A stretch of 64,000 nucleotides of DNA from an uncultured bacterium (GCA_966243015.1 CBIMES010000001.1:362076-426075), one strand, 5' to 3'. Numbered from the stretch's first letter, positions 46,448 through 55,635 are shown. Notes: generated by a model from the letters alone, not told the origin. Numbers and translations are program-made.

Positions 46448-46885
46448 ATGAAAAGAGAAACCTCCCGCGGCTTCACCCTTATAGAGCTCCTCGTGGTCAT
46501 CGCCATCATCGGCATCCTCTCGAGCGTGGTTCTCGCGAGCCTGAACTCCGCGCGGGCAAAATCCCGCTACGCGAGCGCCGTATCGCAAATGAGACAAATA
46601 GACCTCGCCGCCGAGCACTATTACTCTGTAAATGGTTCATACCCTGGCGACGCGAGCCCCGGCTCTATGCCAAGCGGCCTCTCAACGTACATGGCATCGT
46701 GGCCGACGCCACCTTGCTCTGGATATACATATGACTGGAATTACTTCAGCTCGGGAGCAAACGTCCACGTCATGCTCCGCAGCTCCACGACTGACCTCTA
46801 CAGCTACTGCGTTTACTCGTCGACGGGCACCTGCACCGGAACGAACATAACGACGATCTCGCCCAAGGAGCTCGTCTGCCAGTAA
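46448..46885 (+). CDS. type IV pilin-like protein
   Basis: MKRETSRGFTLIELLVVIAIIGILSSVVLASLNSARAKS. Confidence 0.8.
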   Translation: MKRETSRGFTLIELLVVIAIIGILSSVVLASLNSARAKSRYASAVSQMRQIDLAAEHYYSVNGSYPGDASPGSMPSGLSTYMASWPTPPCSGYTYDWNYFSSGANVHVMLRSSTTDLYSYCVYSSTGTCTGTNITTISPKELVCQ

Positions 46886-46897
46886 TCAAAGACGAAT

Positions 46898-46935
46898 ATA
46901 AAAACAAAAAACGCCCGCGTTCCGTAAAGGAAGCG
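46898..46935. terminator. bidirectional hairpin (cgcccgcgttccgtaaaggaagcgggcg)
   Basis: 7-bp GC stem with A6 upstream and a T-rich stretch downstream. Confidence 0.5.
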
Positions 46936-46947
46936 GGCGTCGTGCTA

Positions 46948-47130
46948 TCAGGGATAGCGTTTATGCATCTCCGTCTGACCTTCGGCAATGAGTTCCTCGT
47001 GAGTCATGTTAAGCTCACCGGGAATCTCATTGACTTCAGCATCCTCTTCAGGACTCAGCTTTTCCCCTCGCGCTTGCTTGAGGGTAAGCTCGACGTAACG
47101 CAGGACTTTGGAAGTTTTTTCAGGGGTCAT
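46948..47130 (-). CDS. small acidic hypothetical protein (60 aa), second gene of an overlapping pair
   Basis: Its start overlaps the stop of the upstream gene in an ATAATGA arrangement (1-nt overlap at 47130). Confidence 0.4.
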   Translation of the reverse strand: MTPEKTSKVLRYVELTLKQARGEKLSPEEDAEVNEIPGELNMTHEELIAEGQTEMHKRYP

Positions 47131-47549
47131 TATGCAGCCTTTTGTTCAGCGAGAATTTCGAACGAGAGCGTGAGAGACAGGCAACCGTAACGAACACGCT
47201 GGTTGTCCAGGGCGTCGCTCCATCGGACATCCTTGCCTTGCTTACGCATGACTCGGATGAGGATGTTCACGTCATCGATGAAGGAGTCGTGGATCGAACC
47301 CCTTACCTTCTCGATTTCCGCCCGTTCGCCCTGTGCGTCAAAAGCACCCTTGTGCTTTATGACAATCTGGTTGAATCGGCACACTGACTCCGCATAACGG
47401 AGGGCGTTCGACAAAACCTGATCAAGAAGTTCGGTAAGAACCGAATTCCCTTGGCACAGACCTCTGAGAGTTTCCAGAGTCACAAACGGCTTGAATCTCG
47501 AGACCGAGGTCCCGAGACTGGCCGGGTCTAAATCAGTGGGTATAGTCAT
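47130..47549 (-). CDS. hypothetical protein (139 aa), first gene of an overlapping pair
   Basis: Consensus promoter immediately upstream; helical composition; no confident domain. Confidence 0.5.
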   Translation of the reverse strand: MTIPTDLDPASLGTSVSRFKPFVTLETLRGLCQGNSVLTELLDQVLSNALRYAESVCRFNQIVIKHKGAFDAQGERAEIEKVRGSIHDSFIDDVNILIRVMRKQGKDVRWSDALDNQRVRYGCLSLTLSFEILAEQKAA

Positions 47550-47573
47550 GACAAAATATCAGTTTCTGAGTTA

Positions 47574-47602
47574 ATTATAGCATTTATATAAATTAAAGTC
47601 AA
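47574..47602 (-). promoter_or_regulatory. near-consensus sigma70 promoter TTGACT-17-TATAAT
   Basis: On the forward strand, agtcaa lies at 47597-47602 and attata at 47574-47579; about 18-nt 5'UTR. Confidence 0.55.
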
Positions 47603-47633
47603 TACCCTTGCCATAGCCCCATTAAGCCCTCTT

Positions 47634-47707
47634 TCGCAGACGAAGAAACCGCCAAGCATTATCTTGGCGGTTTCGAGTCGAGGGCTGGTGAGTGAAAGGC
47701 TGCGGGC
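47634..47707 (-). repeat. about 70-nt repeat element (copy B) immediately 3' of gyrB; hairpin terminator AACCGCCAAG-ATAATG-CTTGGCGGTT + TCTTCGTCTGCG
   Basis: Aligns with copy A (36199-36270); the flanks CCTCGACTCGAA and TTCTTCGTCTGCG are conserved. Confidence 0.55.
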
Positions 47708-49783
47708 CTATGCGTCGATGGTCGCCTTGTGCGCGTTCGACTGGATGAACGATTTTCGAGAAGGGACGTCGGTACCCATGAGCATATCGAAGACCTTGTC
47801 CGCGTCCTGAGCATCATCGATAGTGACCTGCTTGAGAAGCCTTCGGGCCGGGTCCATGGTGGTCTCCCAGAGCTCCTCGGCGTTCATCTCTCCGAGACCC
47901 TTGTATCGCTGGACGTGGATCTTGGCAGCCTTCTTGGCACCCTTGCCGGCCTCCTCTGCCTCTTCCTCCCCTTCTGGATTCTCGGTTGCGACCTCGTCGG
48001 TTACGCCCTCGGTGTCGAGAGGAATCTCGTCCTTGCCGAGCACCTTGGTCTTCTCCTCCTCCGAGTAGAAGTAGAGAATCTCTTTGCCCCTCTTAACTTT
48101 ATACAGAGGTGGCTGGGCGATGTAGATATATCCGCCCTCGATGAGAGGCTTGAAGTAGCGGTACATGAGGGTAAGGATGAGCGTGCGGATATGCGCGCCG
48201 TCGACGTCCGCATCGGTCGCGATGATGATCTTGTGATAGCGGAGCTTCGAGATGTCGAAGGTCTCGCCGATCGCCGTTCCCATGGCCACGACGAGGTTCT
48301 TGATCTGCTCGGACGCGAGCATCTTGTCGAGTCGCGCTCGCTCGATGTTGAGGATCTTTCCTCGGAGCGGGAGAACCGCCTGGGTCTTTCGGTTTCGACC
48401 GGTCTTTGCGGTACCACCTGCCGAGTCTCCCTCCACGATGAAGACCTCTGATTCCGACGCGTCGGACGACTCACAGTCGGCGAGCTTGCCCGGAAGGGTC
48501 ATGCCCTCCAGAGCTCCCTTTCGAAGAATGGAGTCCTTTGCGGCCTTTGCGGCCTTTCGAGCTTTGAGGGCGAGGATGGCCTTCGAGACCATGGCCTTGG
48601 CATCGTCGGGATTCTCCTCGAGGAACTGGTTGAACGCGTCGCTGAATACAGCGGCAGTCGCGCCCTGGGCCTCGACGGAGCCGAGCTTTGCCTTGGTCTG
48701 TCCCTCGAACTGGATCTCGCGAAGCTTGACCGAGACGACAGCGGTGAGGCCCTCGAGCACGTCGTCGCCGGTGAAGTTGTCCTCGCTTTCCTTCACGAGG
48801 CTGTTCTTGCGGGCGTACGCGTTGATGGTTCGGGTGAGCGCGGTCTTGAAGCCGGTGATATGGGTACCGCCCTCTGGGTTATAGATATTGTTCGCGAACG
48901 GAAGGATGCGCGAGGAGATGTCGTCGACGTACTGAAGCGCGATTTCGACGGACTCCACGCCCTCGCCCGGCTTATCGACGTAGAAGATGTTCTTGTGGAG
49001 GGGCTTCTGGTTTGAGTTGGTGAAACGGACGAGAGACATGAGTCCACCCTCGAAGTAGAAGGTCTCGGAAGGAGCATCGATGCCAAGCTCGCGGAAGTAC
49101 ACGACGTCGTCGGTGTCGATCTTGCCCTCGTGCTTGCGGGCGTCGATGACCGAGATGCGGAGGCCACGCACGAGATAGGCCTGCTGACGCATGTGATTGA
49201 CGATGCGCCTGAAATCGAAGGTCTGCGGTCCGAAGATGGCGTTATCAGGCCTGAAGGTAGTGACCGTGCCGTGCGCCTTTGACGAACCCACTTTCTTTAC
49301 CGCCGCCTTCTTCTTTCCCTGCGAGTACTCCTGCATGTACTTGCCGCCGTCCTTGTGGACCTCGACCTTACACATGATGGAAAGCGCGTTCACCACCGAC
49401 GCGCCCACTCCGTGGAGACCTCCGGAAACCTTGTAGCCCGAATCCTCGCCTCCGAACTTGCCTCCGGCGTGGAGGATGGTCATGACCATCTCGAGAGCCG
49501 AGATCTTGGTCTTGGCGTGCACGTCGACGGGGATGCCTCGTCCGTTGTCGACGACGCGGATAGTTTCGTCAGGAAGAATGGCGATTTCGATGTCGTTCGC
49601 ATGGCCACCCATAGCCTCGTCGCGCGAGTTGTCAAAGATCTCCCACACGAGATGATGGAAGCCGTCGGGACCGGTGGTGCCAATGTACATTCCCGGGCGC
49701 TTTCGGACTGGCTCGAGACCCTCAAGGACCTGGATGGATTCCGCTCCGTACGAACCGTTCTTCTTGTTATCGTCTTTTGCCAT
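47708..49783 (-). CDS. gyrB: DNA gyrase subunit B
   Basis: GHKL ATPase motifs (GLHGVGASVVNALS), a TOPRIM domain, and the C-terminal EGDSAGG motif. Confidence 0.95.
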   Translation of the reverse strand: MAKDDNKKNGSYGAESIQVLEGLEPVRKRPGMYIGTTGPDGFHHLVWEIFDNSRDEAMGGHANDIEIAILPDETIRVVDNGRGIPVDVHAKTKISALEMVMTILHAGGKFGGEDSGYKVSGGLHGVGASVVNALSIMCKVEVHKDGGKYMQEYSQGKKKAAVKKVGSSKAHGTVTTFRPDNAIFGPQTFDFRRIVNHMRQQAYLVRGLRISVIDARKHEGKIDTDDVVYFRELGIDAPSETFYFEGGLMSLVRFTNSNQKPLHKNIFYVDKPGEGVESVEIALQYVDDISSRILPFANNIYNPEGGTHITGFKTALTRTINAYARKNSLVKESEDNFTGDDVLEGLTAVVSVKLREIQFEGQTKAKLGSVEAQGATAAVFSDAFNQFLEENPDDAKAMVSKAILALKARKAAKAAKDSILRKGALEGMTLPGKLADCESSDASESEVFIVEGDSAGGTAKTGRNRKTQAVLPLRGKILNIERARLDKMLASEQIKNLVVAMGTAIGETFDISKLRYHKIIIATDADVDGAHIRTLILTLMYRYFKPLIEGGYIYIAQPPLYKVKRGKEILYFYSEEEKTKVLGKDEIPLDTEGVTDEVATENPEGEEEAEEAGKGAKKAAKIHVQRYKGLGEMNAEELWETTMDPARRLLKQVTIDDAQDADKVFDMLMGTDVPSRKSFIQSNAHKATIDA

Positions 49784-49843
49784 AAGGGTTTTTCAGTTGT
49801 TTTGGGTCGTATAAGTATATCAAAAACGACCCCTCGAGACCTC

Positions 49844-49871
49844 TTGACTTAGTAAACTTGTGTTGTAGTAT
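49844..49871 (+). promoter_or_regulatory. sigma70-like promoter TTGACT-16-TAGTAT
   Basis: Lies upstream of the 49928/49970 ORF. Confidence 0.4.
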
Positions 49872-49969
49872 GTCGGAAAAGAGCCGTTCCTTTCAAGGCT
49901 TGAGGGCGGTCAGGACAGCATGACAGCGTGTCGTGCGTCCATCCACCCTCAACCCACAAGTACCAACGA

Positions 49970-50374
49970 ATGCAAGCGACAGCCATTCAGGAAGTCACCC
50001 CCGCCTCGAACATATCGTATCGCGCCCATCCGGACCAGGAGGCGGTGATCGTCACCGATCACGACGAAGGCGGCAGAACAATGCTGGTATCGTTCGATGC
50101 GATATCGAAGGTAAGGATTCTCATCGAGAAGAACGTCTCGAACCCCACCCTCCACGAAATGGTGAGGACGGACGCCGGCCAGATAACCGTTACCCAGACA
50201 GGCACCGCGTTCAGGCTTTTCGGGGTGCCGAAACAGGGACCCGAACGCCTCAAGCTCATCGTGTCAGTCGAGCATCTCGACGGAATGCTCAGCGCGATGA
50301 GAACCATGAACGAGGCGAGGTCAAAGCGTAGAACGCATCAACCGCGCGAGCGTGTCATCCTCGTCGCCGCCTAG
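49970..50374 (+). CDS. hypothetical protein
   Basis: ORF track gives 49928..50374; the ATG at 49970 (MQATAIQ) is an alternative start. Followed by a strong terminator. Confidence 0.45.
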   Translation: MQATAIQEVTPASNISYRAHPDQEAVIVTDHDEGGRTMLVSFDAISKVRILIEKNVSNPTLHEMVRTDAGQITVTQTGTAFRLFGVPKQGPERLKLIVSVEHLDGMLSAMRTMNEARSKRRTHQPRERVILVAA

Positions 50375-50398
50375 CTTCCGACAGCATCCCCAAGGCAT

Positions 50399-50436
50399 AA
50401 GCTCAAGCCGCACCCTTCAAAGGTGCGGCTTTTTAT
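50399..50436. terminator. bidirectional terminator (gccgcaccc-ttcaaa-ggtgcggc + TTTTTATTT)
   Basis: hairpin followed by a T-run. Confidence 0.6.
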
Positions 50437-51089
50437 TTAATCATCTTTGCCGTATAACCATGAGCCACGAGATACTCATAGGCAGACCACACATCTTTCG
50501 GGATTTCTTGTTCAATCTGAAAGCCCATTTTCGGATACTCCCTGATACGCTGCAAATCCCCGACGAGCGAACAAAGAAGTCTGTCTTTGCTGGTAGAGGC
50601 GTCAGGGTACTCGTTAAAAGTAATTTTGGGCGATGTAACAATCAAATCAACATCAGGCAGCCAGACCTTACCCGTCGCATAGGCCCTACGCTCCATGTAA
50701 GGTTTCTGCACCAAAATGATCTTCCTCGGAACAATTCCCCTCTCTTTCAGTTTCGCAACCGAAAACTCATAATTTTGCCCCGTATTTTGAGATTTATTTT
50801 CAATAATAATCGCATCTCTTGGCACGCCCGCATTCACGGCGATATCCGCAAAAAGCTCAGCCTCAGTTGTGCCGACAAAACGCTCGCGACCAATTTCGTG
50901 ATTATGAATAGAGCCGGAACCGGCACAAAGAAGAATCGGGGCAAAACCTTCCAAATACAGACGAGCAGCATGTTCAGCGACGCGGACATCCCTATTTCCT
51001 AATACAAGAATGACGTCAGCCTTAGAGAGCGGCTGATGCATAAGCATGTAATCCCAAATTTTTCGAGCCGCAGCTTCGGTATTCATCAC
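50433..51089 (-). CDS. DUF218/YdcF (ElyC/SanA)-family protein
   Basis: ADVILVLGNRDV...LCAGSG motif. The segment is AT-rich relative to its surroundings. Confidence 0.75.
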   Translation of the reverse strand: MMNTEAAARKIWDYMLMHQPLSKADVILVLGNRDVRVAEHAARLYLEGFAPILLCAGSGSIHNHEIGRERFVGTTEAELFADIAVNAGVPRDAIIIENKSQNTGQNYEFSVAKLKERGIVPRKIILVQKPYMERRAYATGKVWLPDVDLIVTSPKITFNEYPDASTSKDRLLCSLVGDLQRIREYPKMGFQIEQEIPKDVWSAYEYLVAHGYTAKMIK

Positions 51090-51104
51090 AGGTTTAACAC
51101 GGCC

Positions 51105-53024
51105 TTACCTCACCTCCCATCCCCTCCCCTTGAGCGCCTCATGAAGTGCGGTCATCGAGGCATTCACTTCGTCGTCAGAGAGCGTCCTCTCGAAGGACTG
51201 GAAGATCATGCGGAAACCGAAGGAAACGCGACCGTCCTTCTCGAAGCGGTCGAAGCAGTCAGGGCCCTTCACAAGCAAGTTGCCCGCAGACGCGACGAGG
51301 GCGGACTTGATAGTGTCCCGAACCTCGTCCTCGGTTGTCGCTGACGGCACGAAGAGGGCGACGTCGCGGACGATAAACGGATACGGTGAGAACGGCTTGT
51401 AGCGCTTGTCCTGCGGAAGGGCGACGAAGCCGAGCTGTCGCACGGAACCTGCCGCGCCAAGCTTTGTCACAAGAGTATCAAAATCAACCTCGGCAAGGGC
51501 GCCGTACGCACCAACTTCAACCTTCGCATCGAGAGACGCACCGAGAACAGACTCGAGGGCGACAATCGCCTCCCTGAGCACCGACTCTGATGTGACGCCC
51601 TTCTTCTTTTTGACCTGGGACACGCCGACGCAGAGCGAGGTCCTCTCCCCCTCCTTCGGGAACACCTTGCCCACCTCGAAAATCCTCACGGTCTCGAGAC
51701 CGAGAAGGTCGGCATTGCGCGAGTTTGAGACGAGAGAGTCAGAGAGCTTCGGGGCAATGCGCTCGCGAAGGGCCGACTTGTCGCTTGCGAGCGGATACGA
51801 GATCTCGAACGCGCCCTTAGGCACAAGCGTATAGAGAAGCGTCTCGGAGAAGCCGAGGGCCACGAGGGCGGACTTCACCTTCTCTGCCCAGAAGAACGTC
51901 GCGTCAACCGGCACCGGCGTGATCTCTGGGGTCTCGACAGCCAAGAGATTGTCGTATCCGTACACGCGAATAAGCTCGTCGGCAATGTCCTCGGGAATAA
52001 CGAGATCGAGTCGGTCAAACGGCACAGTAACAAGGAGCCTCGAGCCCTCGGCCTTAACCTCGCAGCGAAGGCGAACGAGAATATCCGTCATGTCAGCGAT
52101 CGAGAGCGAGAGGCCCGTAATCGCGTTCATAAGGGTCGGATCAACCTCGACGGTGCGGCGAACGGCCGGCTTTGGGTATATGTCAGTAACGGCACCGGCA
52201 CCAGAGCCCTTGCTGAGATCAAGGATGAGCGCGGTCACGCGCTCCAAAGCCTCACCGGCGAGCTCCGGCGTTATCTCGTTCTCAAAGCGCTTGGACGAGT
52301 CATTGCGAAGGTTCGCTCGGGTCGAGGTCTTTCGAACGGCCGTAGGGTCAAAATTGGCTGATTCAAGGATGAGAGAGGTCGTCGAGGCGGTAACCTCGGC
52401 CTTCTTGCCGCCCTTCACGCCCGCGATGGCGAGAGCACCCTCCTCGTCGGCAATAACCATATCAGTCTCGAGCAGCGCGATCTCGCGACCGTCGAGGACG
52501 ATGATCTTCTCCCCCGCCCGCGCCATACGCACCGTGATAGCGCCCTTCACCTTGTTCGCGTCAAAGGCGTGTAGCGGCTGACCAAGGGCAAACATGACAA
52601 AGTTCGTCGCATCGACGACATTATTGATCGATCGCGCGCCGATGGACTCGAGATGCTCGCGGAGCCATGCCGGAGACTCGCCGACCGTGACGTTATCAAT
52701 CCTCCGCGCGGCGTATCGCCTGCACAGCGAAGTATCAACAGACACCTGCGGCACGTATACCGAGGTGTTTGAGTGAACACTCACAGGAACCTCAGGTACG
52801 AGGGCGAGACGCGCGAGCGCCGCAGCCTCGCGGGCAATGCCGCGATGCGAGAGGGCGTAGTGCGCGCGGTCAGGCAGCACCTTGATGTCAAAAATGGTGT
52901 CGTTAGCGAGGGTTTGCATACCCTCAACCTCAAAGGCGTGCGCGTTGAAGAGGTCCGCGAGCGCCTGAGGCTCGGGAAGCTTGTCCTTGAGATAGGTCTG
53001 AAGCCAGGTGTATGAGACGTTCAT
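51105..53024 (-). CDS. pheT: phenylalanine--tRNA ligase beta subunit (short, 639 aa)
   Basis: B3/B4, B5 and catalytic-like domains; lies directly downstream of pheS. Confidence 0.92.
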   Translation of the reverse strand: MNVSYTWLQTYLKDKLPEPQALADLFNAHAFEVEGMQTLANDTIFDIKVLPDRAHYALSHRGIAREAAALARLALVPEVPVSVHSNTSVYVPQVSVDTSLCRRYAARRIDNVTVGESPAWLREHLESIGARSINNVVDATNFVMFALGQPLHAFDANKVKGAITVRMARAGEKIIVLDGREIALLETDMVIADEEGALAIAGVKGGKKAEVTASTTSLILESANFDPTAVRKTSTRANLRNDSSKRFENEITPELAGEALERVTALILDLSKGSGAGAVTDIYPKPAVRRTVEVDPTLMNAITGLSLSIADMTDILVRLRCEVKAEGSRLLVTVPFDRLDLVIPEDIADELIRVYGYDNLLAVETPEITPVPVDATFFWAEKVKSALVALGFSETLLYTLVPKGAFEISYPLASDKSALRERIAPKLSDSLVSNSRNADLLGLETVRIFEVGKVFPKEGERTSLCVGVSQVKKKKGVTSESVLREAIVALESVLGASLDAKVEVGAYGALAEVDFDTLVTKLGAAGSVRQLGFVALPQDKRYKPFSPYPFIVRDVALFVPSATTEDEVRDTIKSALVASAGNLLVKGPDCFDRFEKDGRVSFGFRMIFQSFERTLSDDEVNASMTALHEALKGRGWEVR

Positions 53025-53029
53025 GTGAT

Positions 53030-53746
53030 TTAGAACTGATTGATGAGCCTGAGGTCGCCCGAGTAGAGATGCCTAATGTCGTCGACGCCGTAGCGCATCA
53101 GCACGAGACGGTCGACACCCATGCCGAAGGCAAAGCCCTTCCAGACCGCCGGGTCGAGACCAGCCGCCTTGATGACATTCGGATGGACGATACCCGCGCC
53201 GCACACCTCGAGCCATCGGTTCTTCCACCACAAATCAACCTCGACGCCCGGCTCGACGAAGCCGAAGTACGACGAGCGGAAGCGGAGCTTGGTGTCGGGA
53301 CCGAGGAACTCCTTGAAGAAGCGCTCGAGCGTGCCCTTGAGCTCGGCGAGCGAAACAGACCTGTTCACGTAAAGGCCCTCGAACTGGTGGAACTGAGCCT
53401 CGTGGGTGGCGTCAGTCGCCTCGTTACGATACACCTTGCCCGGCATGACGACTTTGAACGGGCGCGGGCTCGCGGCCACGGACTCCATATATCGAATCTG
53501 CACCGACGAGGTGTGCGTGCGAAGCACCTTCTTCGCCTCGCCCGGCTTCGTCTTCACCCAGAAGGTGTCCTGCATGTCGCGGGCAGGATGGTCGCCCGGC
53601 ACGTTGAGCGCGTCGAAGTTGTGGAACTCAGTCTCAAGCTCGGGACCCGTGGCGACGGAAAAGCCCATGCCGTCAAAAATCGCGCACATCTCGCGCAGGA
53701 CGGACGTTACCGGATGAAGGTGGCCTTTCTGTTCGGAGGGATTCAT
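53030..53746 (-). CDS. pheS: phenylalanine--tRNA ligase alpha subunit (short, 238 aa)
   Basis: FDALNVPGDHPARDMQDTFW and class II motif 3 GMGVDRLVL. Confidence 0.92.
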   Translation of the reverse strand: MNPSEQKGHLHPVTSVLREMCAIFDGMGFSVATGPELETEFHNFDALNVPGDHPARDMQDTFWVKTKPGEAKKVLRTHTSSVQIRYMESVAASPRPFKVVMPGKVYRNEATDATHEAQFHQFEGLYVNRSVSLAELKGTLERFFKEFLGPDTKLRFRSSYFGFVEPGVEVDLWWKNRWLEVCGAGIVHPNVIKAAGLDPAVWKGFAFGMGVDRLVLMRYGVDDIRHLYSGDLRLINQF

Positions 53747-53755
53747 GAGGGAAAT

Positions 53756-54505
53756 TTACTTCTTTGAGTTCGAGAAGCCCTCGAGAGCCTTGAGAATCTC
53801 CATAGGCAGGGTGAACACGACCGTATTCGACTGGTCGGACGATATGTCGTTTATGGACTGAAGGGTTCGGAGATGAAGAGCACCAGGAACCTCGGCAAGG
53901 GTGCGGGCGGCCTTCGCCATGTTCTCGGATGCGGCGAGCTCGCCCTCGGAGGTGATGATGACGGCGCGCTTCTCTCGCTCGGCCTCGGCCTGCTTGGCGA
54001 TGGTACGCTCCATGTCAGGTGGCAGCGAGACATCCTTGAGCTCCACGTTCGACACCTTGAGGCCCCACGCGTCAGTCTCCTTGTCGACGATCTCGCGAAT
54101 GCGGTTGGCGATCTGCTCGCGCCCCGAGAGCAGGTTATCGAGCGTCGTCTCTCCCACGATGTTTCGCATGGTCGTCTGGGCGTACTGGGAGATAGCGTAT
54201 TTGAAGTCCTCAACCTCGAGCACAGCCTTCTCGGCCGACTCAACCTTGTAGTAGATCACGGCGTTCACATTCACCGAGACATTGTCTTTGGTGATGGCCT
54301 TCTGGTCAGGCACGTCGACAGCCTTCACGCGCATGTCGACCTTGCTGTACGACTGGAAGACGGGAATGACGATCCTCCAACCTGGGTTCATGATCGACGT
54401 AAAGCGCCCCATGGTAAACCTGAGACCGCGCTCGTACTGGTTCACCTGCCGGAGGCTGACGAGAATCAGGGCAACAACGATTCCTATGGCTATATACATG
54501 GGCAT
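53756..54505 (-). CDS. SPFH/band-7 (stomatin/HflC-like) membrane protein
   Basis: N-terminal TM helix followed by an SPFH-domain consensus. Confidence 0.85.
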   Translation of the reverse strand: MPMYIAIGIVVALILVSLRQVNQYERGLRFTMGRFTSIMNPGWRIVIPVFQSYSKVDMRVKAVDVPDQKAITKDNVSVNVNAVIYYKVESAEKAVLEVEDFKYAISQYAQTTMRNIVGETTLDNLLSGREQIANRIREIVDKETDAWGLKVSNVELKDVSLPPDMERTIAKQAEAEREKRAVIITSEGELAASENMAKAARTLAEVPGALHLRTLQSINDISSDQSNTVVFTLPMEILKALEGFSNSKK

Positions 54506-54561
54506 GGCTGGTTAGGTGTTAGAGCCTCATAGTAGCAAAAAACCCCGCAGAGGGCGAGGTT

Positions 54562-54987
54562 TTAAGGCTTATTCAGAATATACTTATCCATCCGCCACCT
54601 CCTTCCCTTGCCCTTATTTAAACCCCTGAAACTCGGCGTAAGCGCATGGCAATTCGGGCAGATGAGCCTCAGATTATCCTCTGAATTATTTTCAGAATCG
54701 CCATCTATATGATCTATCTCCAAAGGAATCCTTTTGGTGACCGAATGCACCTTATTCCAGCCACACAGGGAGCAACCGCTTCCAAACTTCTCCCGCAAAT
54801 ACCTCCTCACGTATGCGGAGACCGCCCTCGCGTGAATACCAATACCGCCAGACACCTCGCCTTTCCTCCACGAGTCTATAAATTCAGCATACTCAAAGTC
54901 ACTCTGACACTTATTCGAGCAGAACGTAATCTTGTACCGCAAGGTAAGCTTGATGCCACATTTTCTGCAAAATCTTTCCTTAAGCAT
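54562..54987 (-). CDS. HNH endonuclease with an N-terminal zinc ribbon
   Basis: CRKCG...CSNKCQ zinc ribbon followed by LEIDHIDGDSENNSEDNLRLICPNCHA (HNH). Sits in an AT-rich islet abutting the tRNA-Thr gene. Confidence 0.75.
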   Translation of the reverse strand: MLKERFCRKCGIKLTLRYKITFCSNKCQSDFEYAEFIDSWRKGEVSGGIGIHARAVSAYVRRYLREKFGSGCSLCGWNKVHSVTKRIPLEIDHIDGDSENNSEDNLRLICPNCHALTPSFRGLNKGKGRRWRMDKYILNKP

Positions 54988-55105
54988 GACTTAAGGATAC
55001 CGACACGATGTATCGGCGACCATGAAGTAAACATAAAACGCTCCAGCACAGCATAAACGGACAAACCCCGCTTTCGCGAGGTTCTCCTGTTACATAAAAT
55101 TCCTG

Positions 55106-55178
55106 AGCCACCTCCCAGATTCGAACTGGGCGCATCCATTTTACAAAAATGGCGCTCTACCAAATGAGCTAAGGTGGC
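55106..55178 (-). tRNA. tRNA-Thr (anticodon UGU), 73 nt, no encoded CCA, discriminator U
   Basis: Reverse-strand sequence GCCACCT-TA-GCTC-ATTTGGTA-GAGC-G-CCATT-TTTGTAA-AATGG-ATGCG-CCCAG-TTCGAAT-CTGGG-AGGTGGC-T gives a canonical cloverleaf. Confidence 0.85.
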
Positions 55179-55216
55179 TTATCCCCTTTGTATCACAAAC
55201 AACAGAATCCGCCTAA

Positions 55217-55624
55217 CTACCCCTGAATCTCCTTCTTCCCCTCCTTCGCGACCTCTTCCTTGGCGTCCTTGACCTGCTTGAGATAGAACGACGCGGCGCC
55301 GCCCTTGGAAAGGTCCTCCCTGCGGCGGGACGCCTTCTCCACGATGAGCGAGATGACCGCGTGCGTCCTGCGGAGGAAGAGCATGAAGAGCTTCCCGCCG
55401 CGGACGACCGCGTCGTGAAGGGCGATCCACAGTTGCCTGAGCGTCAGATAACCAAAAACCGTGTTCACCCTGCCGTGGGCAGTGCGAAGCACGGGGTCGA
55501 GCTTCTCCCTCATTTTGTGAGCGGTCGCCGCCGCAGTACCGCGGGTATTCTCGAGGCGCTTGTGCACCAGGAGCGCGGTCATGAGGAGCGCCGATCCAGA
55601 CATGATCGAAAGCTCGAATATCAT
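55217..55624 (-). CDS. hypothetical protein (N-terminal hydrophobic anchor)
   Basis: 135-aa ORF with no recognisable domain. Confidence 0.4.
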   Translation of the reverse strand: MIFELSIMSGSALLMTALLVHKRLENTRGTAAATAHKMREKLDPVLRTAHGRVNTVFGYLTLRQLWIALHDAVVRGGKLFMLFLRRTHAVISLIVEKASRRREDLSKGGAASFYLKQVKDAKEEVAKEGKKEIQG

Positions 55625-55635
55625 AGGGTTAGAGA

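Noticed and set aside
49812-49840. Hairpin gggtcgt-N15-acgaccc just upstream of the gyrB start
   Set aside because: It is a short stem with a long AT-rich loop, and no T-tract follows. It is probably part of the divergent promoter region rather than a discrete element.
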